Virus record (IMG/VR): IMGVR_UViG_3300021091_000016
Source: a virus
Length of the DNA stretch: 64,000 bases
Reading direction: 5' to 3' (one strand)
Part shown: one piece after another, positions 1 through 11,100 of the stretch
Position numbering within the stretch: position 1 is the stretch's first letter
How the letters are laid out: each line of letters opens with the position of its first letter
Program-made: the position numbers and the translations under genes
The notes under the pieces: generated by a model
Told to the model about the DNA's origin: nothing
Databases searched by the model: none
The model's input: the letters and a program-made list of their open reading frames with translations, nothing else

Positions 1-680
1 ACATTAAATGTAGCATTACTTGGATTTGCTTTACCATTAACCCAAGCTGCATCGCTAATGTATTCTATATTAGCTTGATATTGAAATGGAGTATGTACTA
101 ATATAGTGTTAGAGATATAATACAATACACCATCAATACCAATCTCAATTAAATTTAAAAACTTATAATCACCAACAGAAGTCAAAGCTTCACTTGGTTT
201 CTTTAAATTTGTTAATTTATTACTATCTGCATCATCAATATTAATAAAAACAATTGGATTCTCTATTAAATTATATTGTGAGCCAATGTAAGCTCTTACA
301 TGATAATTCAAATCAATTTGATATTCATTTGGATTAATAGTCTCCCTTACAGTGACTTCTCCACTTAAAGACAATGGATTTAAATTACTTGCCGAACCTA
401 TTAATTGATTTAAATTAGATATATCATTGCCTCGAAGCTTAGCATTTAAAATAGCACTTGAAGCATCTTTTTCAGTAGCCCATTTTTTTCTAAAATCAAA
501 GGTTAAAGGAGTCCCACCTTCAACTATTTGTATTTCGCCTGAATCAGATAAACTAGAAAATGAACTACTAAGCTCATTTATACGTCTTTCAAAAAACGCA
601 AATATAGAATTGAATTTCTCTGCAGTTGGTCTTTCACCATCAATAAATTTAGATAACTTTATAAAGTTAATGTAACTCAT
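1..680 (-). CDS. Partial CDS (runs off left edge), probable distal tail/baseplate-associated structural protein
   Basis: ATG at 680 overlaps the upstream stop (TAATG). Reads MSYINFIKLSKFIDGERPTAEKFNSIF...ISNLNQLIGSASNLNPLSL and stays open towards the window edge. Missing from the ORF track because it is truncated. Confidence 0.75.
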   Translation of the reverse strand, partial: MSYINFIKLSKFIDGERPTAEKFNSIFAFFERRINELSSSFSSLSDSGEIQIVEGGTPLTFDFRKKWATEKDASSAILNAKLRGNDISNLNQLIGSASNLNPLSLSGEVTVRETINPNEYQIDLNYHVRAYIGSQYNLIENPIVFINIDDADSNKLTNLKKPSEALTSVGDYKFLNLIEIGIDGVLYYISNTILVHTPFQYQANIEYISDAAWVNGKANPSNATFN

Positions 681-2725
681 TATTTAACCCTCAAGCTTAA
701 TGTAGAAGTCATTTCTGGATTTATAGTAATATAATTTGCACCACCAAGTCCAGTAGCAATTACCTTGTCAGAATCTTTAATCTGCAATCCATTAACATAA
801 TTAGTAGATATATCAGCACCCTGCATATGTAATGGAAGCTTAATGGCAATAGATAGTTTTTTAGAAAATATCTTTGACCCTGTTGCTGGGTCAATACAAT
901 ACGCTTGAATAGATGCAACTCTAGAGTAGTATATCTTATATCTATAGATAAGAGAATCTGGATTACTTTGACTGTTCCAGACAGACAGAATAGGATTTGA
1001 AAACTTCAATTGATTGTTAGAATAAGATACTGGTCTTAGTGGCTTATATACATTAGTATCTTTGTAATAAAGTAATCGCTCTACCAATTCAGGCATGTAA
1101 TCTTCTGTTTGATTTCTTTGAGCAATGTAACTTGCTGGATCATCTATTCTCTCTATACCATTGTATCTCAATTGAGCAAATACAGTTATATCTTGAAAAT
1201 TAAAATTCAAGTCATTAATTGTAATATAATCATTACCTGTTTGAGTAGAATACAATCTCATAAAAGAGTCATTGTACGGCGCCGTAATTGACGTAGTAGC
1301 CTTACCATACAAATTTGTAATATTTGTTATAGAGTAGCTGTCTCCTTCAAATAACAACTTAATATCATCCTGTAATACCTTAAAGGTTACAGGTATATCT
1401 GGAACGTTATCTCCATTGTTGTTAAATGCATTAACGCTTAAGCTTACAAAGTCTATACCTAATGTAAGTTCATTTTTATTAGATTTTAAAAGCAACTCAG
1501 AGACATGCCTTTCATTACAGTTTATTTGAAGTATTCCATTTGACTTATTTAAATATCTTGGCTTTAAATTAATATTATCTGGAATTCTAAACGCATCATC
1601 TGATTCATAATCTGCTCTTACGCAGGTCTTATAGTTAATATAAAAGGTTTCGTCAACACTAGTATTTCTACCATTCAATCTAAATTTAAAGGTGTCAGTA
1701 GAATCATAGTCATCATAGTTTGCATCTGAATCTACAGGAGATAAATGATGTATGTAGTTATTTTTAATTCCATCGTATTTATATAATGTGTTTCCGATAA
1801 GAAGCATGCCTTGATTTGGAAACCCAGTTATATCATCGTACACAAAGATACTTTTCGAATTAGAATATCTTTCAAATTTATATAATTTGTCAGTATCCAC
1901 TGAGTGTCCAGATGTAATAATAATTCCTCTTTCAGGATTTACTACAAATAAAGGCTCAGAAGTAATATCGGAATCTATAAATGAATCTACTTTAGACCAT
2001 TGAGTAACTTGATTATTGTTAGAAGTAATAGAATATAGCCCTACATTTTCTATATTTAAAGGAAAATATTTACTATATATAATTCGTGAACTACCATTTC
2101 CTTTACCTTTTTTCTCTAACTTATTTTCTACTTTACTAGGACTGTTTAAATCTTCATACCAAGTATTACTATCATATAGCTTATTAATATTTAAGTTTGG
2201 ACTTACAAAATTAAAGGAATAATCATCATCAGGCAATACTCCAGATACATATTTATAAGTTATCCATGGAATATTATTATAAGCTTCATCCCTTCTAAAA
2301 ACATTTAAAGATAGGCTTTCTGTTTTTATCAGGCTAGTATCAAAAGCATTGTCTAAATCATTTAATAAACTGCAAGAGCTATGAGATGAGTATAACTGCT
2401 TAGATTTATCATATAATGTATATGCGCCAGTATTTACAATAGGTACAATACTAGTAGAATTTATATTCAAGCTTTGTAATTCACACCCATTAATTACTCC
2501 GCCATCCCAATGCTTGCTTGATGAACCATCAGATAAATTATAATTGTATCCGCCAATGCTAGTTTTTAAAGCTTGTCTTTGCTGAACATTTTCTTGTATA
2601 CGTACTCTATCTGGAGCCGCACCCAATATATCCTCTTCAATAGAGTATATACCAGTAAGAGGGAAATATTCTATTTCCTCTTTTACCTCAGCCTTTATTT
2701 TGTAAGTAGTCTTATAGTATGCCAT
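680..2725 (-). CDS. Virion structural protein (681 aa) with a probable Ig-like (Big_1-type) domain
   Basis: Beta-rich; LSVNAFNNNGDNVPDIPVTF...TNLYGKAT resembles Big_1/invasin Ig repeats; lies downstream of the baseplate genes. Confidence 0.55.
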   Translation of the reverse strand: MAYYKTTYKIKAEVKEEIEYFPLTGIYSIEEDILGAAPDRVRIQENVQQRQALKTSIGGYNYNLSDGSSSKHWDGGVINGCELQSLNINSTSIVPIVNTGAYTLYDKSKQLYSSHSSCSLLNDLDNAFDTSLIKTESLSLNVFRRDEAYNNIPWITYKYVSGVLPDDDYSFNFVSPNLNINKLYDSNTWYEDLNSPSKVENKLEKKGKGNGSSRIIYSKYFPLNIENVGLYSITSNNNQVTQWSKVDSFIDSDITSEPLFVVNPERGIIITSGHSVDTDKLYKFERYSNSKSIFVYDDITGFPNQGMLLIGNTLYKYDGIKNNYIHHLSPVDSDANYDDYDSTDTFKFRLNGRNTSVDETFYINYKTCVRADYESDDAFRIPDNINLKPRYLNKSNGILQINCNERHVSELLLKSNKNELTLGIDFVSLSVNAFNNNGDNVPDIPVTFKVLQDDIKLLFEGDSYSITNITNLYGKATTSITAPYNDSFMRLYSTQTGNDYITINDLNFNFQDITVFAQLRYNGIERIDDPASYIAQRNQTEDYMPELVERLLYYKDTNVYKPLRPVSYSNNQLKFSNPILSVWNSQSNPDSLIYRYKIYYSRVASIQAYCIDPATGSKIFSKKLSIAIKLPLHMQGADISTNYVNGLQIKDSDKVIATGLGGANYITINPEMTSTLSLRVK

Positions 2726-3591
2726 TAATCTTCACTCCAATAATTGTTATGTAGCTTTAATAGCTCATTATAATAAATAGCGCCAGTTTGATTAAGCTTT
2801 TTATATTCTAAAGAATCAGATTCATATTTTACTGAATCTAAAACAATAGAATCGAAATCCTTATCATTATAAGCAAAATATTCAAATGGTAGCCACTTAA
2901 TTACTAAAGGGTAAGTACTATAATTATATGATATACTAGAATAACCTGAGGTGCTTAATCTTGAAAACTTGCTATCAGATAAAGAATATTGAGTAAGCGG
3001 ATTATTTAAACCTGCAGGATCGGCACCTACATTTTGCAAACTAATTGAAGAGTTATTACACTCTACATTGAATATGTAATTTTCTGGAAGCTCTACACTA
3101 TGCAGGTTAGTCAAATCATAGTTTTTACGATATTGCAAAGTATCAAACTTCATTAAATTTTTAGTTTGTAAAAAATGCCAGGAATCATCAAACTGTAAAT
3201 CTTCAATTAAAAATAAATTTAATCCACTTAACCAATTTTTAAAGTCAATCAAAAATTTAACTTCTGATAATGGCTTAGTAATGTTTGCTGGAGATAAAAA
3301 AGAATCCTTAGTGTCCTCCCAGACATATATATTACTGCAGCTGATTTTTATTCTTGGAATAAAATCTAAATTTGAAATTTGTTTAATTTCAAATATATTC
3401 TTATCCTGTTTTGAAGTAATAAATCCTAAAGATAATTCAAAGCTATTATTAGTATATTCATTTAAAAGCTTAGCTGCTTTATTGACTCGCAATGAAAAAG
3501 CTTCAAGCGATTCATTTGTTTCTCTATATATAGAATGTAAAAAAGCTTTTTCATCTAAAGCTGTAAGGTTTGATTTTTTCACACCTAACAT
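2725..3591 (-). CDS. Hypothetical baseplate/tail protein (288 aa)
   Basis: Long ORF coupled to its neighbours. N-terminal LDEKAFLHSIYRETNESLEAFSLRV resembles the LD..G....R...E.D..(F/Y)R.R wedge motif also seen in the J-like gene. Confidence 0.5.
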   Translation of the reverse strand: MLGVKKSNLTALDEKAFLHSIYRETNESLEAFSLRVNKAAKLLNEYTNNSFELSLGFITSKQDKNIFEIKQISNLDFIPRIKISCSNIYVWEDTKDSFLSPANITKPLSEVKFLIDFKNWLSGLNLFLIEDLQFDDSWHFLQTKNLMKFDTLQYRKNYDLTNLHSVELPENYIFNVECNNSSISLQNVGADPAGLNNPLTQYSLSDSKFSRLSTSGYSSISYNYSTYPLVIKWLPFEYFAYNDKDFDSIVLDSVKYESDSLEYKKLNQTGAIYYNELLKLHNNYWSED

Positions 3592-3592
3592 G

Positions 3593-5596
3593 TCAATACC
3601 TTAATGTAACTGATTTGTTACTGCTAGTATTAAAGGTTATATCAATCGATGAGTATTCCTCTAGAAATATACATCTGCCTGTATTATTATCATGTATTAA
3701 ATAATCAAAATGCTGGTCAAAAGTGTAAATTTTCTCTAAAATATTTGTGTCATTTTTGACATAAATTTTTAATGAATTATTGACATTTTCAAAGCTAATA
3801 AAAAGCTCTTTATTTTGATTATCTGTAATCCAATTAGCATCTAAGAGAGTTAAATCAAATGTACCTGCTGTTGAAAGCTTATCTACTAAAACAGAATGAT
3901 AATTTAATTCAAAGACTATACTTGAATCCTCTTCTCTTAAATCTTGTTTATCTAAATTGTCATTTATGAATTTTATTAATTTATCAGGAGTATAAGCGTT
4001 TAACATCTCATTAAAGACGTTATAGTTATTATTTAAATAGTGCGCGCTTAAAACATAAAAATCATATTGACCCTCAGAATCAAAGGTTACAGGAATTTTA
4101 AAATTATTTATGTATGACGTATTTACTAAATTATTAAAATCCTCATTACCTGAAAGATTTGAATAGTATTCTAAATTATCAAACCTATACAAAGATTCTG
4201 ACCATTGACCTAAATCGTTAAGAAACTCAAGTTTAAAGGTTTGTTGATTTAATTTTAAAGTAGGAGTTCTTCTAAAGATAAGCATAGTACTAACCTTATA
4301 AACATAATGCCTATCAAATAAATGCAACTCATATTGATTTTTAGCTGGATCAGAATCCAACGTTATTCTTTGTAATGTATTCTCTATTTCAAGACTAATA
4401 GCTTTAGTTCTACGTATCTCTGGAGTTACAAAATCAGTAAACTCAATAGAGTAGTATTTTAGTTTACCCTTATCAGTTAAACAAACTAAATGATTAGTAA
4501 AATAATCATAATCAAATGAAAGTATATTTTCTTCAGCATCTAAAGATAGGGATTGCTCTAAAAAGAGCTTATGTATTAAATCAAAATCTATTGATTGTAG
4601 ATTCGCGTTATACAAGTAATTATATTGCTCTTTATTAGCATTGTTATAGTTATCAAAATAATATTTTAACTTATTGCTTTCAATATCAATTCTACAAGCA
4701 GAGTAGTAAGTACTAAACAAATCATTTAAATAAAAGTTGTTTGCTACTAGCTCTATGCTTTCGTAATTCATTTTAGATTTCTTAAAACAGGGATAACTGT
4801 AAATTCTAACCAAACCCTTAAAGCCATCACATTCTACTGCTGGACCACCCATTATGCCATTATAAGAATCCATAGATAAATTGCTTAACTTCATAAAACG
4901 TCTTTTTGTTCTGTAAAAGACGTTTAGATTTAAAGGTATATGTTCTTCAATTGGTTTATTATTATAGTCATAGCCTCTCAAGATTATATGACTATAATCT
5001 TGATATATAGGAACCTCGTATCCTGATGTATAATATTTGATAGATTGATTATTAAATACTCTTGGTATTTCAATATATAAGTGCTCTCCATTTGGAGAGA
5101 TAAATTCATTTAAATATTTGATAGTCTCTAGATTCAATTCGCAAATTAAAGGATTCTTGTTTGGTTCAGATTCAATTCTTAAATTAGATATTCTTGTAGG
5201 CGGCAATAAAAAGGAATCCTCAAGTACTCTAGATTCTTTAACTGTAATACCAGAATTCGCAATACAGTTTAAAACTAACAGGTTATCTATTTCGTATCTA
5301 GACAATGAATTTTTATATGCATTGTAATAATTTGAAGTAGATTCACTAGGGGTAGAATTTGTTATTTTATAAGAGTCGGCATTAAAATTAAAAACATATC
5401 TAACTGAAGGCATAAAGACTGGCATTTCCTCTAAGCATTTTGTTTGCTTAGAGAAACGTTTTATCAAAAGCTCTGTTAACTTAAATTCATCACCTATTAC
5501 ATTTAATATTTTTGCACCTACAGAATTGTCATCAATTCTAATCCTAGAATACAATGGGAAACGATTACGATAATGCTGTCCTTGAAAGGTTTTCAT
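3593..5596 (-). CDS. Putative baseplate wedge-associated protein (667 aa)
   Basis: Directly after the baseplate J-like gene with an ATGA overlap, in the gpI/gp7-like position; assignment by synteny only. Confidence 0.5.
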   Translation of the reverse strand: MKTFQGQHYRNRFPLYSRIRIDDNSVGAKILNVIGDEFKLTELLIKRFSKQTKCLEEMPVFMPSVRYVFNFNADSYKITNSTPSESTSNYYNAYKNSLSRYEIDNLLVLNCIANSGITVKESRVLEDSFLLPPTRISNLRIESEPNKNPLICELNLETIKYLNEFISPNGEHLYIEIPRVFNNQSIKYYTSGYEVPIYQDYSHIILRGYDYNNKPIEEHIPLNLNVFYRTKRRFMKLSNLSMDSYNGIMGGPAVECDGFKGLVRIYSYPCFKKSKMNYESIELVANNFYLNDLFSTYYSACRIDIESNKLKYYFDNYNNANKEQYNYLYNANLQSIDFDLIHKLFLEQSLSLDAEENILSFDYDYFTNHLVCLTDKGKLKYYSIEFTDFVTPEIRRTKAISLEIENTLQRITLDSDPAKNQYELHLFDRHYVYKVSTMLIFRRTPTLKLNQQTFKLEFLNDLGQWSESLYRFDNLEYYSNLSGNEDFNNLVNTSYINNFKIPVTFDSEGQYDFYVLSAHYLNNNYNVFNEMLNAYTPDKLIKFINDNLDKQDLREEDSSIVFELNYHSVLVDKLSTAGTFDLTLLDANWITDNQNKELFISFENVNNSLKIYVKNDTNILEKIYTFDQHFDYLIHDNNTGRCIFLEEYSSIDITFNTSSNKSVTLRY
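3724..3785. repeat. 24-bp-phased TGTCA-N4-TGACA array (locus 1, intragenic)
   Basis: TGTAA at 3724, full TGTCATTTTTGACA at 3748-3761, TGACA at 3781. Confidence 0.6.
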
Positions 5597-6822
5597 CGTA
5601 CAACCTCTAATCTGAGAGAATTAGGATCAAAATAAAGTACTTCATCATCTCTAATAGGATAAAGATTATTTGATGCTTCTCTTGTCAAAGAAACTGTTTC
5701 TGTCTGCGAATCTCTTGTTTTATGAATTTTTACTTCTGTTAAAGGCACTTCATTAAGAGAAGAAAAAACACTTCTTTTAGACGCATATAAATTATTTAAA
5801 ATATTATTCAATTGGTTAAAACTAAAGTTATTTCTAGATGTAATAGTAGAAAAATAATCATCAACTTCTTTTTTTATCAATTCTTTCATTTTGTTCTCAG
5901 TAACTGTATTGTTAGCTTTTTTAGCTTTTACTGTTAAAGCTACTGAAATAGAAACAGGTTTAAAAGCAGTAATCTCTGTACCCAATAAATTTACATTTAT
6001 TAAATTTTGTTGCACGGTAGCAACTATCTCATCTGTCATTTCTTGCTCTTGACCAATACAAATAACACCAACTGTACCTAGTCCATAGTAATTAGGAATT
6101 ACTCTTAACTCTAAAATACCTGGCACGTTTATACCCGCATTACGTATTTGCTCTAAGCTATAGCTTCTTCTACTATTTATATATTCTCCAGCTCTAATTC
6201 TAAACGAAGTGTCTGATTCTCTATCTCTACCATTTATAATAGGAAAATTGTTTCTTACCTTTAAGGATGAATTAGCACTATCTACATAACCTAGAAAATT
6301 ATGAAACACTAAACCTCTATCTAAATTGTATTGAGCGCCTGTAGAACGTGCAATTACACCAATGTATGTTCTACTTGATCCGACGCTCAATATGTACTCT
6401 GCGTCTGTTTCATACTGTATGATTCCAGCTGTATCAAATACAGAATTTACAGAAAGCAAGGTACCTCTAGGTATAGTAATATTATTGCCATTATTTATAG
6501 TGCCAAATGTACCTTCGTCTACATAGAACTCTACACATCTACAACCAACAGTAGCATTAGCTTTATTTCCTGGTATCCTCGAAATACCATACATATTAAA
6601 AATCAAATTATCTAGCTCTAATCCAGTTGCGTTTAAAACGCTTAAGGAATAGATGTTTGCATTCATCAAATTAATATAATTATTAGTCTCAGAGCCTATT
6701 ACTCCAGCTAGTGTATTCAATACAGAATCAGAGCTAGTTCCAGTCGCTCCAATACTATTAGATAATCTGTTGCGGAGATTCTCGGTATAATTAGTCAAAG
6801 AAATGGGATTAAGTGTTGCCAT
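5593..6822 (-). CDS. Baseplate wedge protein, P2 gpJ / T4 gp6-like (409 aa)
   Basis: Motifs ATGLELDNL, ITIPRGT, ARSTGAQYN, NGRDRESDTSFRIR, VPGI...GLGTV are typical of Baseplate_J. Confidence 0.88.
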   Translation of the reverse strand: MATLNPISLTNYTENLRNRLSNSIGATGTSSDSVLNTLAGVIGSETNNYINLMNANIYSLSVLNATGLELDNLIFNMYGISRIPGNKANATVGCRCVEFYVDEGTFGTINNGNNITIPRGTLLSVNSVFDTAGIIQYETDAEYILSVGSSRTYIGVIARSTGAQYNLDRGLVFHNFLGYVDSANSSLKVRNNFPIINGRDRESDTSFRIRAGEYINSRRSYSLEQIRNAGINVPGILELRVIPNYYGLGTVGVICIGQEQEMTDEIVATVQQNLINVNLLGTEITAFKPVSISVALTVKAKKANNTVTENKMKELIKKEVDDYFSTITSRNNFSFNQLNNILNNLYASKRSVFSSLNEVPLTEVKIHKTRDSQTETVSLTREASNNLYPIRDDEVLYFDPNSLRLEVVR

Positions 6823-6825
6823 TAT

Positions 6826-7257
6826 TTACTCGTATGCTTTTAAAACTCTAGGAATTACAAACGTATTTCTTGTATCATACATCATACCTATTTGGATAGG
6901 CAATTCTGTATCAGATATAATTTCTAATACTATATAAAGCTCTGTTTTGCTGATAATAGAATTTCTAAACCTAAGTGCTTGAATTGGCACCAATCCATCA
7001 AAGGTTAAAACTTGAGTAATTAAATTTTGAATTAGATTGACCAATGATTCATTTAAAGGTTTCCCAACTAAAACCTTTAAATTTAAATTAGCATATTCAC
7101 GACCAGTAACTAAATAATCGTTGCTACCTGATTGTAATCGTTTAATAATTCCCTGCTTCATTCTCTCTTTGTTTATATTGTCATTTGTGATTTTTATGCG
7201 GTTTTCCTTAGTTAAATAAAAATCACAATCCTCAGTATAACTAATATCTCTAATCAT
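6826..7257 (-). CDS. gp25-like baseplate wedge/sheath initiator (143 aa)
   Basis: Size, position immediately upstream of the J-like gene, and QGIIKRLQS...YANL.L..LVGKP...I...LT pattern. Confidence 0.6.
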   Translation of the reverse strand: MIRDISYTEDCDFYLTKENRIKITNDNINKERMKQGIIKRLQSGSNDYLVTGREYANLNLKVLVGKPLNESLVNLIQNLITQVLTFDGLVPIQALRFRNSIISKTELYIVLEIISDTELPIQIGMMYDTRNTFVIPRVLKAYE

Positions 7258-7601
7258 AGTATAACTCCAAGAGAAGCAACAGTAGTACCTATTCTGGTAC
7301 CCTGTTTGAGTAAATCTAAATTAAAGGAAGCAGATGGAGCTTGAGACACACCTGGTAAAAACTTATTAACAAAGGAAGGATTGTCTACATGTAGTGGCCC
7401 TTTAATATTATAAGTACCTACTGTAAAGTATTTTCCGGGAGCTGGCTGTACATAAATACCTTCATCAGAAACATCAATTAAATTTGTACGTAATCTACTT
7501 CCTGCAGTAATTGCAATGTTATTCATTTCGCAAACAATAGCTGCAGTACATAGCTTATTAAATTGAGCTTTTATCTGTTTATTTTTTGGTCCGTTAATCA
7601 T
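7254..7601 (-). CDS. Hypothetical baseplate protein (115 aa)
   Basis: ATGA overlaps on both sides; lies between hub and wedge genes. Confidence 0.5.
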   Translation of the reverse strand: MINGPKNKQIKAQFNKLCTAAIVCEMNNIAITAGSRLRTNLIDVSDEGIYVQPAPGKYFTVGTYNIKGPLHVDNPSFVNKFLPGVSQAPSASFNLDLLKQGTRIGTTVASLGVIL

Positions 7602-8116
7602 TTCAATAACTGCCAGGTTTCTCCATCACCTTCGGATGGAATTGCATTGTAAAACATTCTATCTTCTCTTCTTGAAGTAATACCCATAGTAAAGCCAAAG
7701 CTTACAGGTACGTTAACATCCTCATTTTCATATTGATTATTTTCATATGGTGGCGAGAAATAAACCTTACCTGCCATAATAGAAAAGTCATCTAACGAAC
7801 TTGTTTCAATAGTAACTGTTCTACCTATAATATTATCATCAGAACCATAGTTTTGTCTAAATTGTTCATAGCTCATGCTTCTGATTTCAATAGGCAAAGT
7901 AGATTTTATTTTTTCAATTCCGCAAATAATAAAAAGCCCACCATTGAAATCTCTACCTGGTAAAAATTTAGATGATTTTTTAGTGGCGCAAACAATATCT
8001 ATTATTAATGCAGAAACGTAAATCTTATTATCCTTTACGTTAGATGACTTATAGATATTAAGATTATTTAAATTTTTGTTAAAGGAAGACCTTAGTCCTT
8101 TTATTTTCTCGCTCAT
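7598..8116 (-). CDS. Hypothetical baseplate protein (172 aa), in the spike/gpV position
   Basis: TAATG coupling to the hub gene; function inferred from synteny only. Confidence 0.45.
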   Translation of the reverse strand: MSEKIKGLRSSFNKNLNNLNIYKSSNVKDNKIYVSALIIDIVCATKKSSKFLPGRDFNGGLFIICGIEKIKSTLPIEIRSMSYEQFRQNYGSDDNIIGRTVTIETSSLDDFSIMAGKVYFSPPYENNQYENEDVNVPVSFGFTMGITSRREDRMFYNAIPSEGDGETWQLLK

Positions 8117-11100
8117 TATAATCTGCCTCCAGTTGATGCTGCGTCTACTACTTGATCTCTTGTGTAAGAACCTAAATATCCAGTAACAGTTCCAGCTGGT
8201 AATCGGAATGGCAATAAAGCTTCCGCTATATTACCAGTTTGCTCTATTACAAATGTAGGTCTATTATAGATAATATTTTCTCTACTAGAATATTCTTTAG
8301 AGATAGCATTAAACATAGTCATTGCTTCAGATATTTCAAAGAATATATTACCTAGCTTATTTTTTACAGATTTATTCAAAGAGATTTTTTGATAACCTCC
8401 ATAAACTAGAGGTCTGTTATTTTTAAACAAAGGATAAACCTGAATTAAATTGCCATCTGTAACCTGAGAAATCAACATATCACCTGTTAAGAGTTTATTT
8501 ACTAAAAAGCTTCCTGGAGTAGAAAGCTGACTATCTAATATTGTAGGTGCTTGAGAAGAACCTAATCCTAATAAGCCTACAAGTACAGCAGGAGTAGCTC
8601 CTAAACGATTTTTTGCTAATGCTAAACCTAAACCTAAAGAAGCAAGTGTAGCACTTATATTTTCTGTAGTTAGAAAGCCACCTAAATTTGCATTAGGATT
8701 CAATATATCTGATTGCAAAATTATGTTTCCTTTTTCTAATTCTTGTAAGGTTCGTTGAATTAAAACTTGTTTAAAGTCTGGATTTATTTCACCAGTTTGT
8801 AATTTTATAGCTCCCGTAAATCCTAATTCTACAGCAGGGTCTTTTTCCCAAGGCATTGTCATAAATTTAACATTATCCTCAAGCCATTTATCTACTATAG
8901 ATGTTACTAGTGTTTTCTTTTGATCATCTCCTAAACTCCTAAAATTATAATCTGCTTTTTTAGAGAGCTCTCTGCCAATGTCATACATAGCAACAGAATT
9001 TAATACAGGGTAAGTAAGTCCTTCATTTGCAGTTACTAAAGCGTTTGGTTTTATCTCTGTAATGAAACCAGTATCCATACTAAATATATGAGTAACTGCT
9101 TCTACTTCAATTGGACCAAACATTTCAGAATACTCGTCCTCTAAGATACAGATATCATAAGGATTGATTTGAGGGTTTCCAAGTATTATTATTTCGCCGC
9201 GATACATTTCTTTTGCCGCGTTAACTAACTCAGCAGTACCATATCTCAATGCTGCATTAAAGCCTTTACAATTATCATATTTTACAGCCTTTGCATGTAC
9301 TTGATCCTCTGTCATATTGTCATGAGCCCTTATTACACGTTGAGTATATTGAGGCATTGATCCAGAGTTATTCTCTAAGTAAAGTATAGCAATCTCATTG
9401 ATTACATCATTATTTGAACCAGATATATTATTCGCCACCAAATTATACTTACTAGAAATTAAATGGTAATTTCTAAAAGGTATAAATCTGTCTTTAGTTA
9501 TACGAGTCCATTCCTCAAGTAAAAGAGTTTTCATAATATCGACTCTTTTACTTTTTGTTCCTTCTTCTGTTAATAGAATATCTATTTTAGCTCTAGTTTC
9601 TTTGCTTACTAAACTAATTATCTTGTCTTCGTCCTCTTTGCTAGTAGCTTCTATAATAGAATTTAAACGTTTAATTTCTAAATTGCCTAATGGTTTGCCA
9701 AAATATCTTTGATTTGGCAAACCAAAAAACATTCTATATTCTAAGGATTGTCCATATTGACGTGCACCATAAACCCATCCAGGATGTCTTAATGACATCT
9801 CATGGAATATCTCCCATATAGTAGAGTTCTTTATCTTAAAAACATTCTCACCACGTTTAGCATTTAAACGCTTATCCATCAACAAGGTTCTATTTAATAA
9901 AATATCCTCGTTAGTTGAAGTACTTTTACTTGGGTCATAAAATAAATAACCTATAGCCAAAGCTCTTTTTAAACGTTTAATAGCTTCATCTGATTGAACT
10001 GAAGCCAATCCCGATGAACCGACAATATATCTATCAGGGTGAGGTGCATACAAAGCATCATCCTGAGGAGATAAAACTAAAGCTTCACTGTACGGATTAA
10101 ATGTACCCATAACTAAATTATAAAAATAGCTAAGTACACTAGAAACCGTATCCCAAACTAAACCAACACTATAAGTGAGCACAGGTAGTATAACTCCAAG
10201 CTTAACTGCTCTCATTGCACCTAACGATACTGCTTGAAATGCTTTTCTCAATCCAGTCGCCCAAAGATTAGTACTTGCATTTGTTATCTCTGTTAAAACC
10301 AAATTACGTATAGCAATTCTAGTTGCTTGATTTTCTATACTGCCAGTAAAACCTTTAGCAACATATTGCTCTAATGCAACATTCAAGCTAGTTGGATTGA
10401 TTGACCAAAGCCTGCTTGCTAAAGTAGAGCCTCTAGTTACAATTTGAGTTTGCCAACCAATAAAACTACCTAAATAAGCTAAAACATTACTCAATCTACT
10501 TGTTTGCGCAGCTGCATCTACAACATTTTGATTTGCTATTTTTAAAATTAAATCAGTTTGTGATAAAACTTGTGATGAAACAAATCCCTCATCTACTATT
10601 GCTTTTTCTATTCCCGCTAATTCAGCATTAATCAATTTAGTGCTAGCATTGATATTCAATCCCGAACCACTTACAAATCTAATTAATTTTCCTAAACCTA
10701 ACCAATTGGGTATATTCTGAACTACTTCTTTACCAAAACCAAATGCTCTAAATACATTTCTACTAAAAATATTTAATACCGTAGTACCGCTAACCTTAGC
10801 AGCATCCTCAACAGCTTCTTTTGCCACCGCTTCAACTACTTCTGCACCTGCTGTAGCTGCAGTAGATTCAACTGCTTCCTTTGCTACTTCTTTAACAGCG
10901 ACCTTGGCTACTTCTTTTCCAGCACCTACTAATGCTCCAAAATTAACAAAGCATAAAGCAACTTCAGCAGCTACAAAATAACCCCAATTCGACATAAAGA
11001 ATTCAAACATAGATGCAGAAGTACTAGGGTCTCCTGCACCTATATGAGTTTCTTTTGTAATTACTACATCCTTAGATTCACCTCTTTGAAATAATCTTTG